Part shown: piece after piece, positions 1 to 13,870 of the stretch
Layout of the letters: each line of letters opens with the position of its first letter
Numbering within the stretch: the stretch's first letter is position 1
Assembly: GCF_009914755.1 (NCBI RefSeq)
Contig: NC_060947.1
Source of the DNA: the human T2T-CHM13v2.0 reference genome, Homo sapiens
DNA: 64,000 bases
Reading direction: 5' to 3' (one strand)
The notes under the pieces: generated by a model
What the model was told of the DNA's origin: nothing
Seen by the model: the letters and a program-made list of their open reading frames with translations, nothing else
The model's database searches: none
Made by a program: the position numbers and the translations under genes

Positions 1-136
1 TAATAAATTGAAGTAATGTGTCCTGTTGCATGTAATTGCATGGCCCAAATTTTTCCTGTGGTAGGGTCTTTCCAGGTCATTTGTATAATAATTTGATTCT
101 AATTTAAAAGCACGAAAGGGAAAAAAGTAAGTGCAT

Positions 137-362
137 ATTTATTGCTTACGTCCATTGCATTAAGTAGGCAATGTGCTAAGCATTTCACAAATGTTACCTC
201 ATTTCACAATAAGCTTGTGAGGTAATTACCATCATTGTTATTTTTCTCAGTATTGTAGGTGAGAAACTGTCAGCCTCATCAAGTAACTTCTGCAAGATCA
301 CACAGCTGATGAATTTGTATTCTCCTACTCAAGATTGCCTGCCTCTGAAGCCTATGTTCTTA
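137..362 (-). mobile_element. MIR SINE
   Basis: Reverse complement of the MIR core (gtgctaagcatttcac...gagaaactg...aagtaacttctgcaagatcacacagct). Confidence 0.75.
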
Positions 363-424
363 AAAAAAAAAAACTATATGCATTATCTTGTAGATAAGTA
401 GTAAATCTGTTAATTCTAGAAATA

Positions 425-600
425 TATATGGAACACTGACCACATGGCAAGCTCTGTGTTGGGTGCAGGAAAAGAAAGGTTTCATGAAGCGATTCCTACA
501 CTTAGAGAAGTTTATGATCTAGCTGAGGAGAGGGGAAGCATACACAATAACAAATAATATGAGAACATATGCTTTAGCCTAACAAATGTTAGAAGACTGA
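425..600 (-). mobile_element. L2 LINE 3' end fragment
   Basis: Degenerate L2 3' end pattern (ggcaagctctgtgttgggtgcagg...attcctacacttagagaagtttatgatctag). Confidence 0.5.
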
Positions 601-1531
601 ATTTGGGTCTTATTAAAATGCAAATAGCACTTAAAAAGATCTGCCACTTAAACCCTCATAGTATATTTTGAGTACTCAAAAATCAATATTTTTCTGGGAT
701 AAAAGTTTGACAAATTATGCATTTTATGTATTTTTATTTTTAGAATTTAATATTGTTGTTCCTGGGAGTTTGTGGTCAAAGCGCTTTGACATAAAAATGA
801 ATTATACCATTAGGAAACCTTACTTCAATAGATGAATACTGGGAAACACTTTCATACTAAATATCAAGGTTTATTCAATCCAATATCTTTAAAATATGAA
901 AATACTGTGGTCAGAGAAAACCAATAGGGAAAAGTGTGGTTCTCTTCAGTCTTGAAATATGCACGCTTTCATCTTCAAGAGATAGATTACATATTCCATA
1001 AGCAAAAGTTCATATTGCAGATCATGTTTGGTGAATCGCCCACAACATTGGAAGGGAAACCGGAAAACTGTCTGATTAAGTGACATATCTTACCAGATTA
1101 GCAATCAGGAGAGAGGAGATTCAGTCCTGGTTCTACGACTATCAGAGTAATCTTGTACAATCTCTCTTGATGCCTACCCATCAATTTCCCCTTCTTAAAC
1201 TAGCTGACCCCCAAGGTTTCTTACAGTTTTGGCATCCCAAGATTCTGTAGTGTTGTCTGTAGAATAAGATGCTTTATTCTTGTCTTTTGTATGTGCAGAG
1301 AAGGTATTAGTACCTATACTTGGGGTAGAACTTTCCTCATATACATTATCAGAGCTACCACATTTCTAGCCAAAATAAGAATGAAACTAGTCAGTGTGTG
1401 AAGAGTTGGTTGTGTTGAGAGATGGAGTCAGTAATATGATTTTGTAACTTTATGGGTGCTGGGAAATCTCTTGTCCAAAGATATACTCTGACCCCAAAAT
1501 TAACACTGATGCCAAGGTTACAGTTTAATTC

Positions 1532-1552
1532 TTTTTTTTTTTTTTTTTTTTT
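1532..1552. repeat. poly(T) run
   Basis: 21 consecutive T. Confidence 0.95.
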
Positions 1553-3924
1553 GCTTATATTTGATCCCAAGTTAAAGGATGGATAGCTTTGAGAGAAGCA
1601 ACATTTTAGGCTACATAAGACATAATATCTTAAAACTATTTATTTGATAGCATGAGGATAGTAAAAAGTGGTAAGAGAAAGAGTAACAGAAGGCATCACC
1701 CTCAGTCTCACTCCAATACTATTTTTATTTCTCAGTTATAACTAGACGTGAAAGAATGTGATTTTTCTTCTTAGTTCAGTGGATGTATTTTTTTTCCCCT
1801 ACAATGATATTTTCTTTGGCAACCAGTAGAACATCAGCATCTCTTGAGAAGGAGTGTGGGGACAATTCTGGAAGCACATTGTATTATCTTCTTCTACAAT
1901 ATGAAAAAGATTCAACCTCTTAGCTTATTATTAATATAGGAATATAGTACACCTCCATTGTAAAGAACCTCAATATTTCATACCTCACTACCCTGCAGAT
2001 CAAATGCAGTCACAACTGCACACCTAGTTATGAGTTCTCTCCCTCTCTCTCTCTCCTTGTCTCTCTGTCTCCCCTCTACCCCCATATGGAATAGCTTTCA
2101 CCTAAGTGCCATCTTTTTCTCTAGACACAGGCATTGTAACAGGCTTCACTCCATATCTCATTTATTTGACTGAGAACTATTTTATCAGTTCATTTTGTAT
2201 TTTTATCTTATGTTTGTAACATGATTAAGCTGCTTTAAAAACAATTCATTTAAAATAGACTTTTTTGTAATTTTTTGAAATATATTTTAAAGTCTATGGC
2301 CGCTCACCTGAAGTTAATGAGTGTTATCATGGTGGCTCTGTGGCAGTTAGGCATATCACCTTAAATATTATTTCTTTTTCTCATCTCTAAAACAATGATA
2401 GCAGGTCTAACACAGCTTTCTTACTAATCATTTCATCATGTAAAACTGAAAATTATTCATGGAGGGGCCATGTATTCCCTCGTTATATGTACAGAACATT
2501 AAAATTCTAGCTGTCTTAAAACATGGGAGCTGTCATGGAGTTAGGGTAAAATTATGAGTGCTCTGGTTAAAAAGTGATACTTGAAAGGCAAATACAACAT
2601 TTTAATAAGCTTAGGAAAGATGCCAAGGATTTAGTGCCTTTTGCAAAACATTGGCTACACCGATTCTGAAACATGCCAGGCGTATTTTCTCCTCAACAAC
2701 CCTGGAAGTGCAATACAAGTACAGTACTTTGAAATGTGTTTGCAGGACTATGGGAAGCACACATATTAAATAGAATTCAATTGCTAAAATCTGTTTCTGC
2801 CCAGATTAATGAGTAGAAACAAAACATCTGCCAGTAACCTCTGTTTGGCTATATTACTTTAAACTTAACTGAAAAAAGGTATAGATGCCTTTCTTTTTAT
2901 TTCACTACACATTTATAAGCCTTCTGGATGAAAGGGGACTTGAAAATTATTTCCAATTTTCTTTACAGTTATCCGTGGGGCTTTCTTAGTCTAGAATGTT
3001 CTTTTAATTTAGCATATTGCTTTGAAACAGTTTTAACTGTCTTTATGATATTGCTGCCATGGAAATTAGATCAGCTCTAGGATTGGAACATTTTGACAAA
3101 AATCAGCCTCCTGTCATCCTTAAAACTAATATATGGCAAACGTTTTGTTCTTTAGAATGTTTTTAAAGGAAGAAATCAGATATTATTTTATATCTTAGGC
3201 TTTTCAACTAAAGAAATATGGGCTACTCTATTTATTCCTACAGGGTAGGTTATAGGTTTACCCAAACCAATATTTGGTTTCTTATTCTCCTTTTACCAAG
3301 GCTTGCCTCTTTTTCATGTCTTTTGATTATTCATATGTTACTAGTCTGCAAGTTGGCACAAATATTAACTAATAACCTTTCTAAGACGGAGGGTCTTCTC
3401 AGGTCACAGCAGAAGAAACACTAAGAAACAGAAGGCATATTTAGCTATCAGAGAAAGAAGGGAACATCAGAACTGTGACTTCTAAAATGGAGTCCTACAT
3501 TTGGGAAACAGGAGGGTTTCCTGTACCTATTGATGAGGTAACCAAAAGTACTCAGAATGCTTTTCCTTTACTGGTAGAGCAACGTAAGTGCACAAAAGAG
3601 TGTTTTAGAAGCTATTCCTCCTATGAGTGTCAGCTGAATGAAACTCAATATTTAACTGTTAATGAGTATCTATTACTGTCAGCCAAACATATTTATCACT
3701 GCCAAATGCTGTACAGCTTCATCAGCCTTCAGGAAAATTCTCCATCAGCCTCAGTTGATGTAGGGCTCATACCTAGGACACAGAGGGCTGATAATTTGTC
3801 ATTTTGACTTGAAATGAATAAAGAAAAGCCATATTTAACTGGCACACAATTATGGGGTTTTGATTCTGGTTATTTGAAATTTCTAGATAGCTGAAGATTA
3901 GCAGAAAATGTCATTTTACTTATT

Positions 3925-4040
3925 TTTTAAATAAACTTTACTTTATAAACCAGTTTTAGGTACACAGCAAAATTTAACAGAAGGTATAGAGATTTCTCAT
4001 ATATATCCTGCCTACACATATGCATAGCTTCCCCACCCAT
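3925..4040 (-). mobile_element. L1MC 3' end fragment
   Basis: cagttttaggtacacagcaaaatttaacagaaggtatagagatttc resembles the reverse complement of the L1MC1-type 3' end seen at ~58270-58345. Confidence 0.7.
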
Positions 4041-4968
4041 TTTATTTTTATACTTGAATAACACACTCTTCCCCTCTTTCCCATATCCCATAGAATGTGC
4101 CAGGCAAATTGCTTGCCTTTGTAGTTAAGCAAGGCTTTAAGGCTATCATCTTGATTGAAGATCCATTCTCATTATTCAGAACATTATGTGTAGAAGTGGT
4201 AGATTTAGGAAATTGAGGTGAATGTAGGCTGACCCCAGGTTGACTACTCTGGATTAATTTTTCTTTTTTGGCCTTTTAAAATTTAAACTCTGATTTCTTC
4301 TTTTCTGATAGAGTGCAGATAAAATACTCAGTAACTTGAAGATGCTGGTTAGTTGAGTTCTGGTTAACAAATGTATATTTTGATTTATAGACAAAGCTGA
4401 AACGAAGGCAGGATGATTGGGACTTAAGTCTCAGGACATTAAAATTGAAAAGAGGCAAAAGTTAATAATGCTCATTCTCAAAAGCTTAGCGACTAGTGTA
4501 AATAGAAATCTGTCAGAAAGTGGACTAGTAACATACCTCTGTGAACTATATTACGAATTTTAATTTAAATTCAATTAACTCAATTTTGCTGCATTTTCTT
4601 TAGTGAGGTTTACCTTCTGAATAAAATATTTGCCTTCCCCCACCAAAAAAAAAATCCTACTTTGACATCATACAAATGTATGTCAATTCTTACTTGTCTA
4701 CAGGCCAATTTTTCTTTCAGTATCTTGTTATTAACATCAATTCTATCCACTTCAGTTTGTTATTGACATTGACTTTATGAGAGGTAACCGAGTTAATGGA
4801 ACTAACTGCATTTAAACAATAAGATTTTTGTCTGTAAAAGTCTCTTAAAATTATACAATTTAGTTATTTTTAAATTAATAAACATGGTTGTGAAGTACTT
4901 TTCAGTTCATCTGAGACTTAGGCAGGTCTCACAGATGGAGAAAGAGTGCCAACTTTCTTTCTGTACAG

Positions 4969-5110
4969 GGATTGCCCTTTAATACCAACGCTTATCCCAT
5001 CTTGGCACCAGAAAGTTCATGAGCATAGTTCAACAAAGGCTCAGAAAAGACAATGAATAGCAGATGTCCATTGTGAAATTTTTTAATATGGCATTAATCC
5101 ATCTGGGAAA
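4969..5110 (+). other. candidate non-coding exon
   Basis: Acceptor aactttctttctgtacag| and donor AAA|gtaagg; 142 nt; stops in all three frames. Confidence 0.3.
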
Positions 5111-5974
5111 GTAAGGCCTTCCATAACCATGTTTATTAGGTTAAAAATACTCTTGCTAACTTCAAACACATAAGATGTTGTCCGGTAACTCTTAGGTGGA
5201 GAATGGTGATGATCAATGGGCAGCTTTTTGGATCAACATACCCACATTTACATTCTAGGTTTCTGATGCCCTTCAAAGGGAGACTATTTCTCAATAAAGA
5301 GCTCAAAAATAAACAAATGCAATACATTTGAACCACATTTCCCACCAGTAATACATACTTGTCCAGCAAATACAAGCTGGGCTGTGGTAAGGAGGTTTGG
5401 GTGGGTGAATGGTGGCAATTTTAGATGGATGGAGGAGATAACTATTAGCATAATTTTTTCTGCAGAGAAGACATCTAATGAGAACATCCAAGAGGAAATA
5501 TTTCTGCTTCTGGATATAGGAAATCTTGGAGAAGGGCAAACCTGAAGGAAGTCATACATTCATGGTTATAATAGTACCTAATGGTTAAATAAAGAGAAAC
5601 TTGTAGTCATTTGTTATATTTTTTACAGGAGAAGAAGATTTGCCTCCATGACTATTTTTGGATGAGGTTCTCATCTCCAAACTTTAATGTTTCAAAAATC
5701 CTTTTCTGCAAAGATGTGCAGATGGCATCAGGATAACCTTTGATATCTAAATCAGGTCAAAATGAAGGAGGAGAAAGAGAAAGAATTTCCAATTTTGGAA
5801 TAGAGTGTTAGAGATGCAAAGCCTTATATAATGGTATTACTTGATTTGAGGCCTTAGAATTAAAGAAGGAAAAAATAATTTAAAAACTTTGAACAGTCTG
5901 TATGACAGAGAAAAACATTATGACAAGTCCCTTGTTCACAAAGTTTTGGTGAAAACCTAATATCAAAAATAAAG

Positions 5975-8080
5975 TCATTCTACATGATTATCTGTGTACA
6001 AAATCTCAAGGAACCTATCTAAAAAATCTCTTAGATACTGTGTTAGTTGTGAAATAAATTTACAAAAATTAAAAAAAATTAACTCCTAGAATTAACAAGT
6101 GAATTTAGCATTGTCACAAAGTTATAACATAAAAATAAATCATATTTTTATATACCAGTAATGAACAAATCAAATTTTGCAATGGAAATAAAAATTAAAA
6201 TTATAATATTATTTATAATAACTCAAACCGAAATATTTAGGTATACATCTAACAAATCATCTACATGATCTGAAAACGACAAAATAATGAAGAAAGTAAT
6301 AAATGAAGACTTAAATAAATGGAGAGGCCTACTATGTTTTATGGAAAATTCAAAGTAGCAAAGATGTTAATTTTCCCCAAATTTATTATTTAATATGATC
6401 CCTATCAAAACCCCAGCAGGATTTTGTGTAGATATCTTTAAAATGCTGATTTTAAAACGTATATGGAAAAACAAAGAAGGTGGAATACCTAAAACAATTT
6501 TTAAAAAGAAGAATAAAGTGGGAAGAATCAATTACCTTATTTTAAGACTCAGTAATTAAGAAAGTGTGGCAAATGAATAGATCTGTATCAATGGAACAGA
6601 ATACAGAGTCCAGTATACACCCAAATAAGTATGGTGAATTAATTTTTGACAAAGGTGCAAAAGCAATTCAAAGGAAGAAGGATAGATAGTCTTTTAACAA
6701 TTAGATATTGACAGGTTAAAAAAGGAAAGGAAAAAAGAAAGTTTCAACTTAACTATTACAAGTTACATGAAAATTAACTCAACTGGATTACAGCTCTAAA
6801 CGTTAAGTGTAAAACCATAAAAGTTTTAGAATAAAGAACAGGAGAAAACACTCATGATTTAGAATTAGGCATTAAGTTCCTAGACTTGACACCAAAGATA
6901 TGATCTATAAAAGGAAAAATTGAAAATTGGATTTTGTCAAAATTAGAAACCTTTGCACTTGAAAAACCATGTTAAGAGAATTAAAACGTAAGCCACAGAC
7001 TGGGAGGAAATATTTGCACATCACATTTCCAACAAAGGACTTACATACCAAACATTTAAAGAATACTTTAAAATCAACAGAAAATAAAATCCAGTTCAAA
7101 AATTGGCAAAAGACAGGACAAGACACCTACCAAAGAGGATATACAGATGGTAAATATGCACATGTAGGGGTGTTCAACTTGATTAGCCATTAGAGAAATT
7201 CAAATTAAAACCATGAAGTGAATCATACCATATACCTAAAAGATGGCTAAAATAAAAATTAATAGCAACATCAAAATCTGGCGAGGATTTGGAAAAAGCA
7301 GATCACTCGCAGATTGCTGGTGGGAATTTAAAGTGGCATAGTCACTCTGGAAAACATTTTGGCAGTTCTGATAAAGGACCACATATATTTACCGTGTGAC
7401 CCAGCAATCTCACTCCTAGCTATTTACCCAAGAGAATGGAGACATATGTTTGCATGACATCCTGTGTAGAAATGTTTGTAGTAGCATCATTTGTAATAGT
7501 CAAAAACTGTACATAATCCAAATGTCTTACAACTGATGAATGGATTACAATGGAATACTACTCAACAATAACATGGAACAAATTATTGATACAGATAACA
7601 TGTATGGCTCTCAAGAGCATTATGCTGAATTTTAAAAAGCTATTTCCAAAGATTACCTTGTTATGATTCTATTTCCATAACATTCTTAAAATAATAAAAT
7701 TACAGTGATAGATAACAGACGTGTTTACCAGGTGTTAGGGCTGCCTAAAGTGTGTGACTATAAAGGGATAGTATGAGGGAGTTTCTTTAGGGTGTTAAAA
7801 CAGTTGTGCATCTTGATTGTGGTGCTGATTACCCAGATTTATGCATGTGATAATATTTTACATAATTATACACCAAAAATGAATGCATGTAAATATCGTT
7901 ACAATCTGAATAAAATGTGTAGATTAATTGTTCTGCTACTATGTCAATTTCTTGGTTTGTTAATTGTACTGTGGTTTTGTTAGATGTCATTGGAGAAAGT
8001 CAAGTGAAACATACATGGGAAGTCTCTGCTATTCTTACAATTGCTAAGTTAATTTATAATTACTTCAATATAAAAAAAAA
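5975..8080 (+). mobile_element. old L1 (L1MD/L1ME class), late ORF2 plus 3'UTR
   Basis: Decayed ORF2 3' sequence (ttgacaaaggtgcaaaagcaattcaa; gacccagcaatctcactcctag), L1MD/ME-type 3'UTR and an A-rich end at ~8071. Confidence 0.85.
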
Positions 8081-8722
8081 GAAGGAGTGAATGAGTAAAA
8101 GAATGTATGAGTAAAAGAAGGAATAAACAGCGGCCTGCAACACTACTGAATTGACTGGTGACAATGTGTTTAAAGAAAAGAAAAAAGAATAACAATAGAA
8201 AACATGCTTTTTTCTTTCCCTTTTCATACAAGGTATTTTATAGTCAATGCTTACTATTCTGGAATCATTAGGAATCCTGAAGCACTGAAGATATTAAATA
8301 TTTTACAGATCATTTCTAATGTTGGCACAGGAATGCCACAGATGGGCTCAGAGATTAACAAAACACACAGGTCTTTGCAAGACACCCAGCAGCGGCATGG
8401 TCTATGAGCTATTTGTTTAATACAAGCTGCAACATTTGGAAAGCAGGAGTGGTCTCTTGAGACATGAAGAGAAAGGAACACTGTGAAATTTTACCTGATG
8501 CCTCAGAATTTGATATTTGTCTTCTGTTGCTATTTATTATAAAATAAATGTAATAAAACTAAAATTTTATTTTTTCTACTCCTTTTAAATAATGATCAAA
8601 GTAATATGTGATTAAGGGAAATATTTATTTAATGCTAAAAATTCCTTAAAAAATAGCATCGTGTATAGTTATTACAGTTAACATATCTTTCCCATCAGTG
8701 GTGACTCTGTTTTCTTGCCCAG

Positions 8723-8785
8723 CAGATTTACATTTGTCAGGAGGTTCTGTATTCTTTCAAAGTTTGTATGAAACCAGAGAAATAG
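8723..8785 (+). other. candidate exon A (63 nt, tandem cagcag acceptor)
   Basis: Acceptor ctctgttttcttgcccag|cag and donor AG|gtattg; open in phase 1. Confidence 0.3.
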
Positions 8786-9044
8786 GTATTGACAGTAAAG
8801 GCAAAAGGAGATGGTGGCTGGCAGTGGGCTGTGAGGGATGAAGGAATACCAATATGCTTCAGATGGGAATCACAGGTTAAAAACATAGCAATATAATTAA
8901 AAATATTCAGTACTATTAATGATTATTCTTTCAAACTAAAGGCTTAGTCACACACTGTTTACATTCATAAAGCAGTATTCTTTCTTTTCTCAAACACAGC
9001 AATGATGCTTTTGATAAAAAGTAGTGTGCAGCCAAGTTAATTAA

Positions 9045-9990
<946 letters not shown>

Positions 9991-10514
9991 CAAGTGTGGA
10001 ATTATGAAAAGGGTTTAGGAAGATATTCAATAATCTGTATTTGTTTTATTTTCCCACATCTTAATATTTTTGAAAAGCACTAGATTCATTCAAGAGCGTT
10101 GGTTTCTCATACTAACTTTATCTCTGATGAAGTATATAGCTGTGAGCAAGTCAATAAGAATACTCATATTTGCCTACTGCTTATATTTTTGCGAAGTATT
10201 TTATCTAAGTTTTATTTTGCCTCCCAACAACTCTAACAGGTACATAGAAAAGGGGTATCATTATTTGAAAAGGGGTATAAACAACTGTAAAAAGTCATGT
10301 ATCTAGTTAGTGGCTGCTAGGGAACCAGGGTGTGTGTCTTTGGCGTCTTCTTCAGTTCTTTTCTCCCACTCCATCCTGCTGACTTCCATGCTAACTCTCT
10401 CTCAATTTCTCCATAGGTCTAATGAAAATAATCTCTCTTTTGTCTAATAATCACAGAAACTGAGTGGTTCTAATGAGATAAAGGACATGCAAAATGTTAA
10501 AAAAATATGAAGTA

Positions 10515-11243
10515 TAGTCATGCATCTCTTAACGACAGGAATATATCCTGGGAAATGCATCCTTAGGCAATTGTATCATTGTGTAAACAACATAGAGGGC
10601 TGATATGGTTTGTCTCTGTGTCTCCACCCAAATCTCATGTCGAATTGTCATCCCCACGTGTTGGAGAAGGGGCCTGGTGGGAGGTGATTGGATCATGGGG
10701 GCAGATTTCCCCTTTGCTGTTCTCATGATAGCGAGTGAGTTCCCACAAGATCTGATGGTTTAAAAGCATATGGCACTTCCCCCTTTGTGCCCTGTCTCTC
10801 TTGCTGCCATGAGAAGAAGTTGCTTGCTTCTCCTTCGCCTTCCACTATGATTGTAAGTTGCCTGAAGCTTCCCAGTCATGCTTCCTGTTAAGCCTGTGGA
10901 ACTTTGAGTCTATTAAACCTCTTTTCTTCATAAATTGCCCACTGTCAGGTAGTTCTTTATAGCAGTGTGACAATGAACTAATACAAGGGTACTTACACAA
11001 ACCTAAATTATGTAACATAAGTAGGCTATATAGTAAAACCTATTGCTCCTAGGCTACAAACCTGTATAGCATGTTACTGCACTCAACATTGTAGGCAACT
11101 GTAACACAACGATAAGTATTTGTGTATCTAAATCTATATAAACATAGAAAATGTACAGTAAAAATATGGCATTATAAAACTATGGGATGACCATGGTATT
11201 TGCAGTTTGTTTTGACCAAATGTCATGATGTGGCTTATGACTG
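10515..11243 (-). mobile_element. Tigger3a (Tc1/mariner MITE) split by a THE1D LTR
   Basis: TIR-like ends tagtcatgc.../...tatgactg flanked by TA (10513-14, 11244-45); internal cctattgctcctaggctacaaacctgta matches Tigger3a. Confidence 0.85.
10601..10985 (+). mobile_element. THE1D solo LTR (MaLR)
   Basis: tgatatggtttg...gaactaataca termini; 5-bp TSD agggc/agggt. Confidence 0.9.
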
Positions 11244-11411
11244 TACTATCCAAATACAGTATCTTGTAATTCTGAAAGCCAGGACTACTACAAATGCTAG
11301 TCAGAATTGTGGGAGATATATACTTTTATTCATAAAGAAACAGGAAAAACAAGGCAACCCCCAAAAGACAATACTCCTGTATATACTGTTAGGTAAGAAA
11401 GTTGCTCCAGA

Positions 11412-12378
11412 GCACTATTCACAATAGCCAAGATATAGAAGCAACCTAAATGTCCATCAACGGGTGAATGGATTCAGAAAATGTGTTATATAGACACAAT
11501 AGAGTACTATTCAGCCATAAAAAGAAGGAAATCCTGTAATTTGAGACATGGATGAACGTGGAGGACATTATCCTAAATGAAATAAGCCAGGCACAGAAAG
11601 ACAAATACTTCATGCTTTGACTTAGGTGTGGAATCTAAAAATTCAAACTCATAGAAGTAGATAATAGAATGGTGGTTACAGAGTTAGGGGGCATGGGAGT
11701 TATTTAAGAAGATATTGGTCAAAAGATGCAAAATTTCACTTAGGAGAAAAATGTTCAGGAGGTCTCTTGTACAACATGGTGACTGTAGTTAATAACAATG
11801 TACTTGATATGGTTTGGTTCTGTGTCCCCACCCAAATCTCATCTTGAATTGTAATCACCACATGTTGAAGGAGGGGCCTGTAACCCCCATGTGTTGAGGG
11901 AAGGAGGTGATTGGATCATGGGGGTGGTTTCCCCCATGCTGTTCTTGTGATAGTGAGTTCTCATGACATCTGATGGTTTTATAAGGGTTCTTCCTCTCCT
12001 GCCCCCAAGTAAGACATGCCTGCTTCCCCTTCTGCCGTGATTTTAAGTTTCCTGAGGCCTCCCTAGCCAGGCAGAACTGTGAGTCAGTTAAACCTCTTTT
12101 CTTTATAAATTACCCAGTCTTGGGTAGTACCTTTATAGCAGCGTGAAAACGGACTAATACAGTACTGTATACTTGAAAATTGCTAAGAGAGATTTTAAAT
12201 ATTCTCACCACAAAAAATGACAAATATGTGAGGTAATGGATATGCTAATTAGCTTAATTTAGCCATTCCTCTTATACATTTTGATAAATGTATACATACA
12301 TGAAAACATCACGCTATATACCCTAAATGTGTACAATTTTTGTTATCAATTTAAAAACAAAGTTTAATTTTTAAAAAG
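11412..12378 (+). mobile_element. L1MA (L1MA8/9-like) 3' fragment split by a THE1 LTR
   Basis: gcactattcacaatagccaagata...; 3'UTR tgtgaggtaatggatatgctaattagc; possible degenerate TSD aaagttgctccag/aaagctgctctag. Confidence 0.85.
11805..12161 (+). mobile_element. THE1 (C/D) solo LTR
   Basis: tgatatggtttgg...ggactaataca termini; perfect 5-bp TSD GTACT (11800-04, 12162-66). Confidence 0.92.
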
Positions 12379-12515
12379 CTGCTCTAGGATTCTAGCCCTG
12401 AATAAGATGGTTTTTGCATAAGAAGGCACTACTCATGCTTGTCAGTAACTCTACAGAAGGGCCTGAATCTTATCATTTTTAACTTCCCTGTATCTAATAT
12501 AGGGCCTAGAGCATA

Positions 12516-12611
12516 TTAGTCATGCCGGAAGTAACTGTTGACAGAGCAAAACTCTGCAAGATTCTTCTCCAGTCCCTATGGAGTGACTCAGTTTGGAAGT
12601 GACTCAGTTTG
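12516..12611. promoter_or_regulatory. ETS/AP-1 motif cluster (candidate enhancer)
   Basis: CCGGAAGT (12525-32), TGACTCA twice (12584, 12600) and composite GGAAGTGACTCA. Confidence 0.35.
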
Positions 12612-12659
12612 TTTGGCTGCATGGCATTCCTTATTTGCCTATAGCTGTATTTCTTAAGA

Positions 12660-12920
12660 TGGGTTCTAATAATCATTGATTCCAAAAAAATGTTACTAGG
12701 TAGTCCAAGAAAATAGTTTCATATTCAATAAGTTTGGGAAATAATAAAGTCTGCATCACTAACTTAGAGCTTCATAAAATATTAAAAGTATCAATAATTC
12801 TTGTAGTAAAGAAACCTGCTCAATTTTTTTAAACTATCATTTTCCACAACTCTAGAACACTTTTTTTCCTTCTAATACTTACCAACACCTTATACTTTTT
12901 GTAATATGGCTGGGAAAATG
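12660..12920. mobile_element. MER103-like hAT element
   Basis: caataagtttgggaaa and ttgtagtaaagaaacctg resemble MER103 motifs. Confidence 0.55.
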
Positions 12921-13143
12921 GCTTATGCTTTTTATTCTTATTTAACCCTATGTAACCAGAAGAATTAAACCACCTCTTACTTTCATACCACATGCTTCCT
13001 CTCTTATTCAGGGATTATGGACTAGAAAGACCCCTGGTTAGGAATTACTGGCATCTGAAGTTTTCCTAGTTGAATTTTCCTAGCCAAAAGAGTGGATATT
13101 AAGAGGCATTTATGGCAATATTATGGCTCTTTCTTACATATAG

Positions 13144-13183
13144 CATGTCTGAAGGGGCAACGTCTGACAGGCATAGGAGAATG
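13144..13183 (+). other. candidate exon B (40 nt)
   Basis: Acceptor ctctttcttacatatag| and strong donor ATG|gtgagt in unique sequence. Confidence 0.4.
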
Positions 13184-13406
13184 GTGAGTAATAAAAGAAA
13201 GGAACCAAGACTATCTTCTTTATCATGTTAAATATGCTTTTCACTAGAAAACAATCTGTCTTACAAATTATGGGGCAGTCATGCCTAGTATAGGTCATAA
13301 AAGACAGAAGGTGCCTCATAAATGATTGTTGATTCTCCTTTTCATTATGGGTTTAGAGTCATAGTCATTTTTCTGATAATTAATATTTGATCTTGGAAGG
13401 GAGGTA

Positions 13407-13435
13407 TGTGTGTGTGTGTGCATGTGTGTGTGTGT
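13407..13435. repeat. (TG)n microsatellite, interrupted
   Basis: tgtgtgtgtgtgtgcatgtgtgtgtgtgt. Confidence 0.9.
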
Positions 13436-13454
13436 CTGCGCACACAAATGCACA

Positions 13455-13870
13455 TGTATTTCTGTGACCCAGGAATTCCAGTTTAGGGTATACTCCCCCC
13501 AAAATAAGTCCATATTTGTACTAAAAGATGTGAAAAGTTTCATGAAATATTATTTATAATGGTCAAAACTGGAAATAACACAAATGTCAAACAATATAAT
13601 ATTTAGATTAATTGCTGTAAATTCATACAAGAGAACAATGAAAAGAACAAACTAATACAACATGGAACAACACGAATGTATCTCATTTACAATAATGTTG
13701 AGTGAAAAAGGGCATACTATATTTATTTTATTTATATGAAGTTTAAAAACAACCAACACTGATATACAATGACAGAAGTCAAAATAGTGGTTACATCAGG
13801 GGACTATTGACTGGGAAGTAGTATGAGGGTTTTGAATATGTTCTACCTCTGGGTAGTAGTTACACCAATG
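13455..13870 (+). mobile_element. L1ME 3' fragment
   Basis: tgtgacccaggaattccag; ataatgttgagtgaaaaag; cagaagtcaaaatagtggttac. Confidence 0.7.

Noticed and set aside
3218-5559. Short ORFs in the unique left region
   Set aside because: No recognisable domains, many non-ATG starts, overlapping frames; consistent with chance.
10601-12161. The two THE1 LTRs as one provirus
   Set aside because: Each LTR has its own TSD, and the intervening DNA is Tigger3a/L1, not THE1-int.
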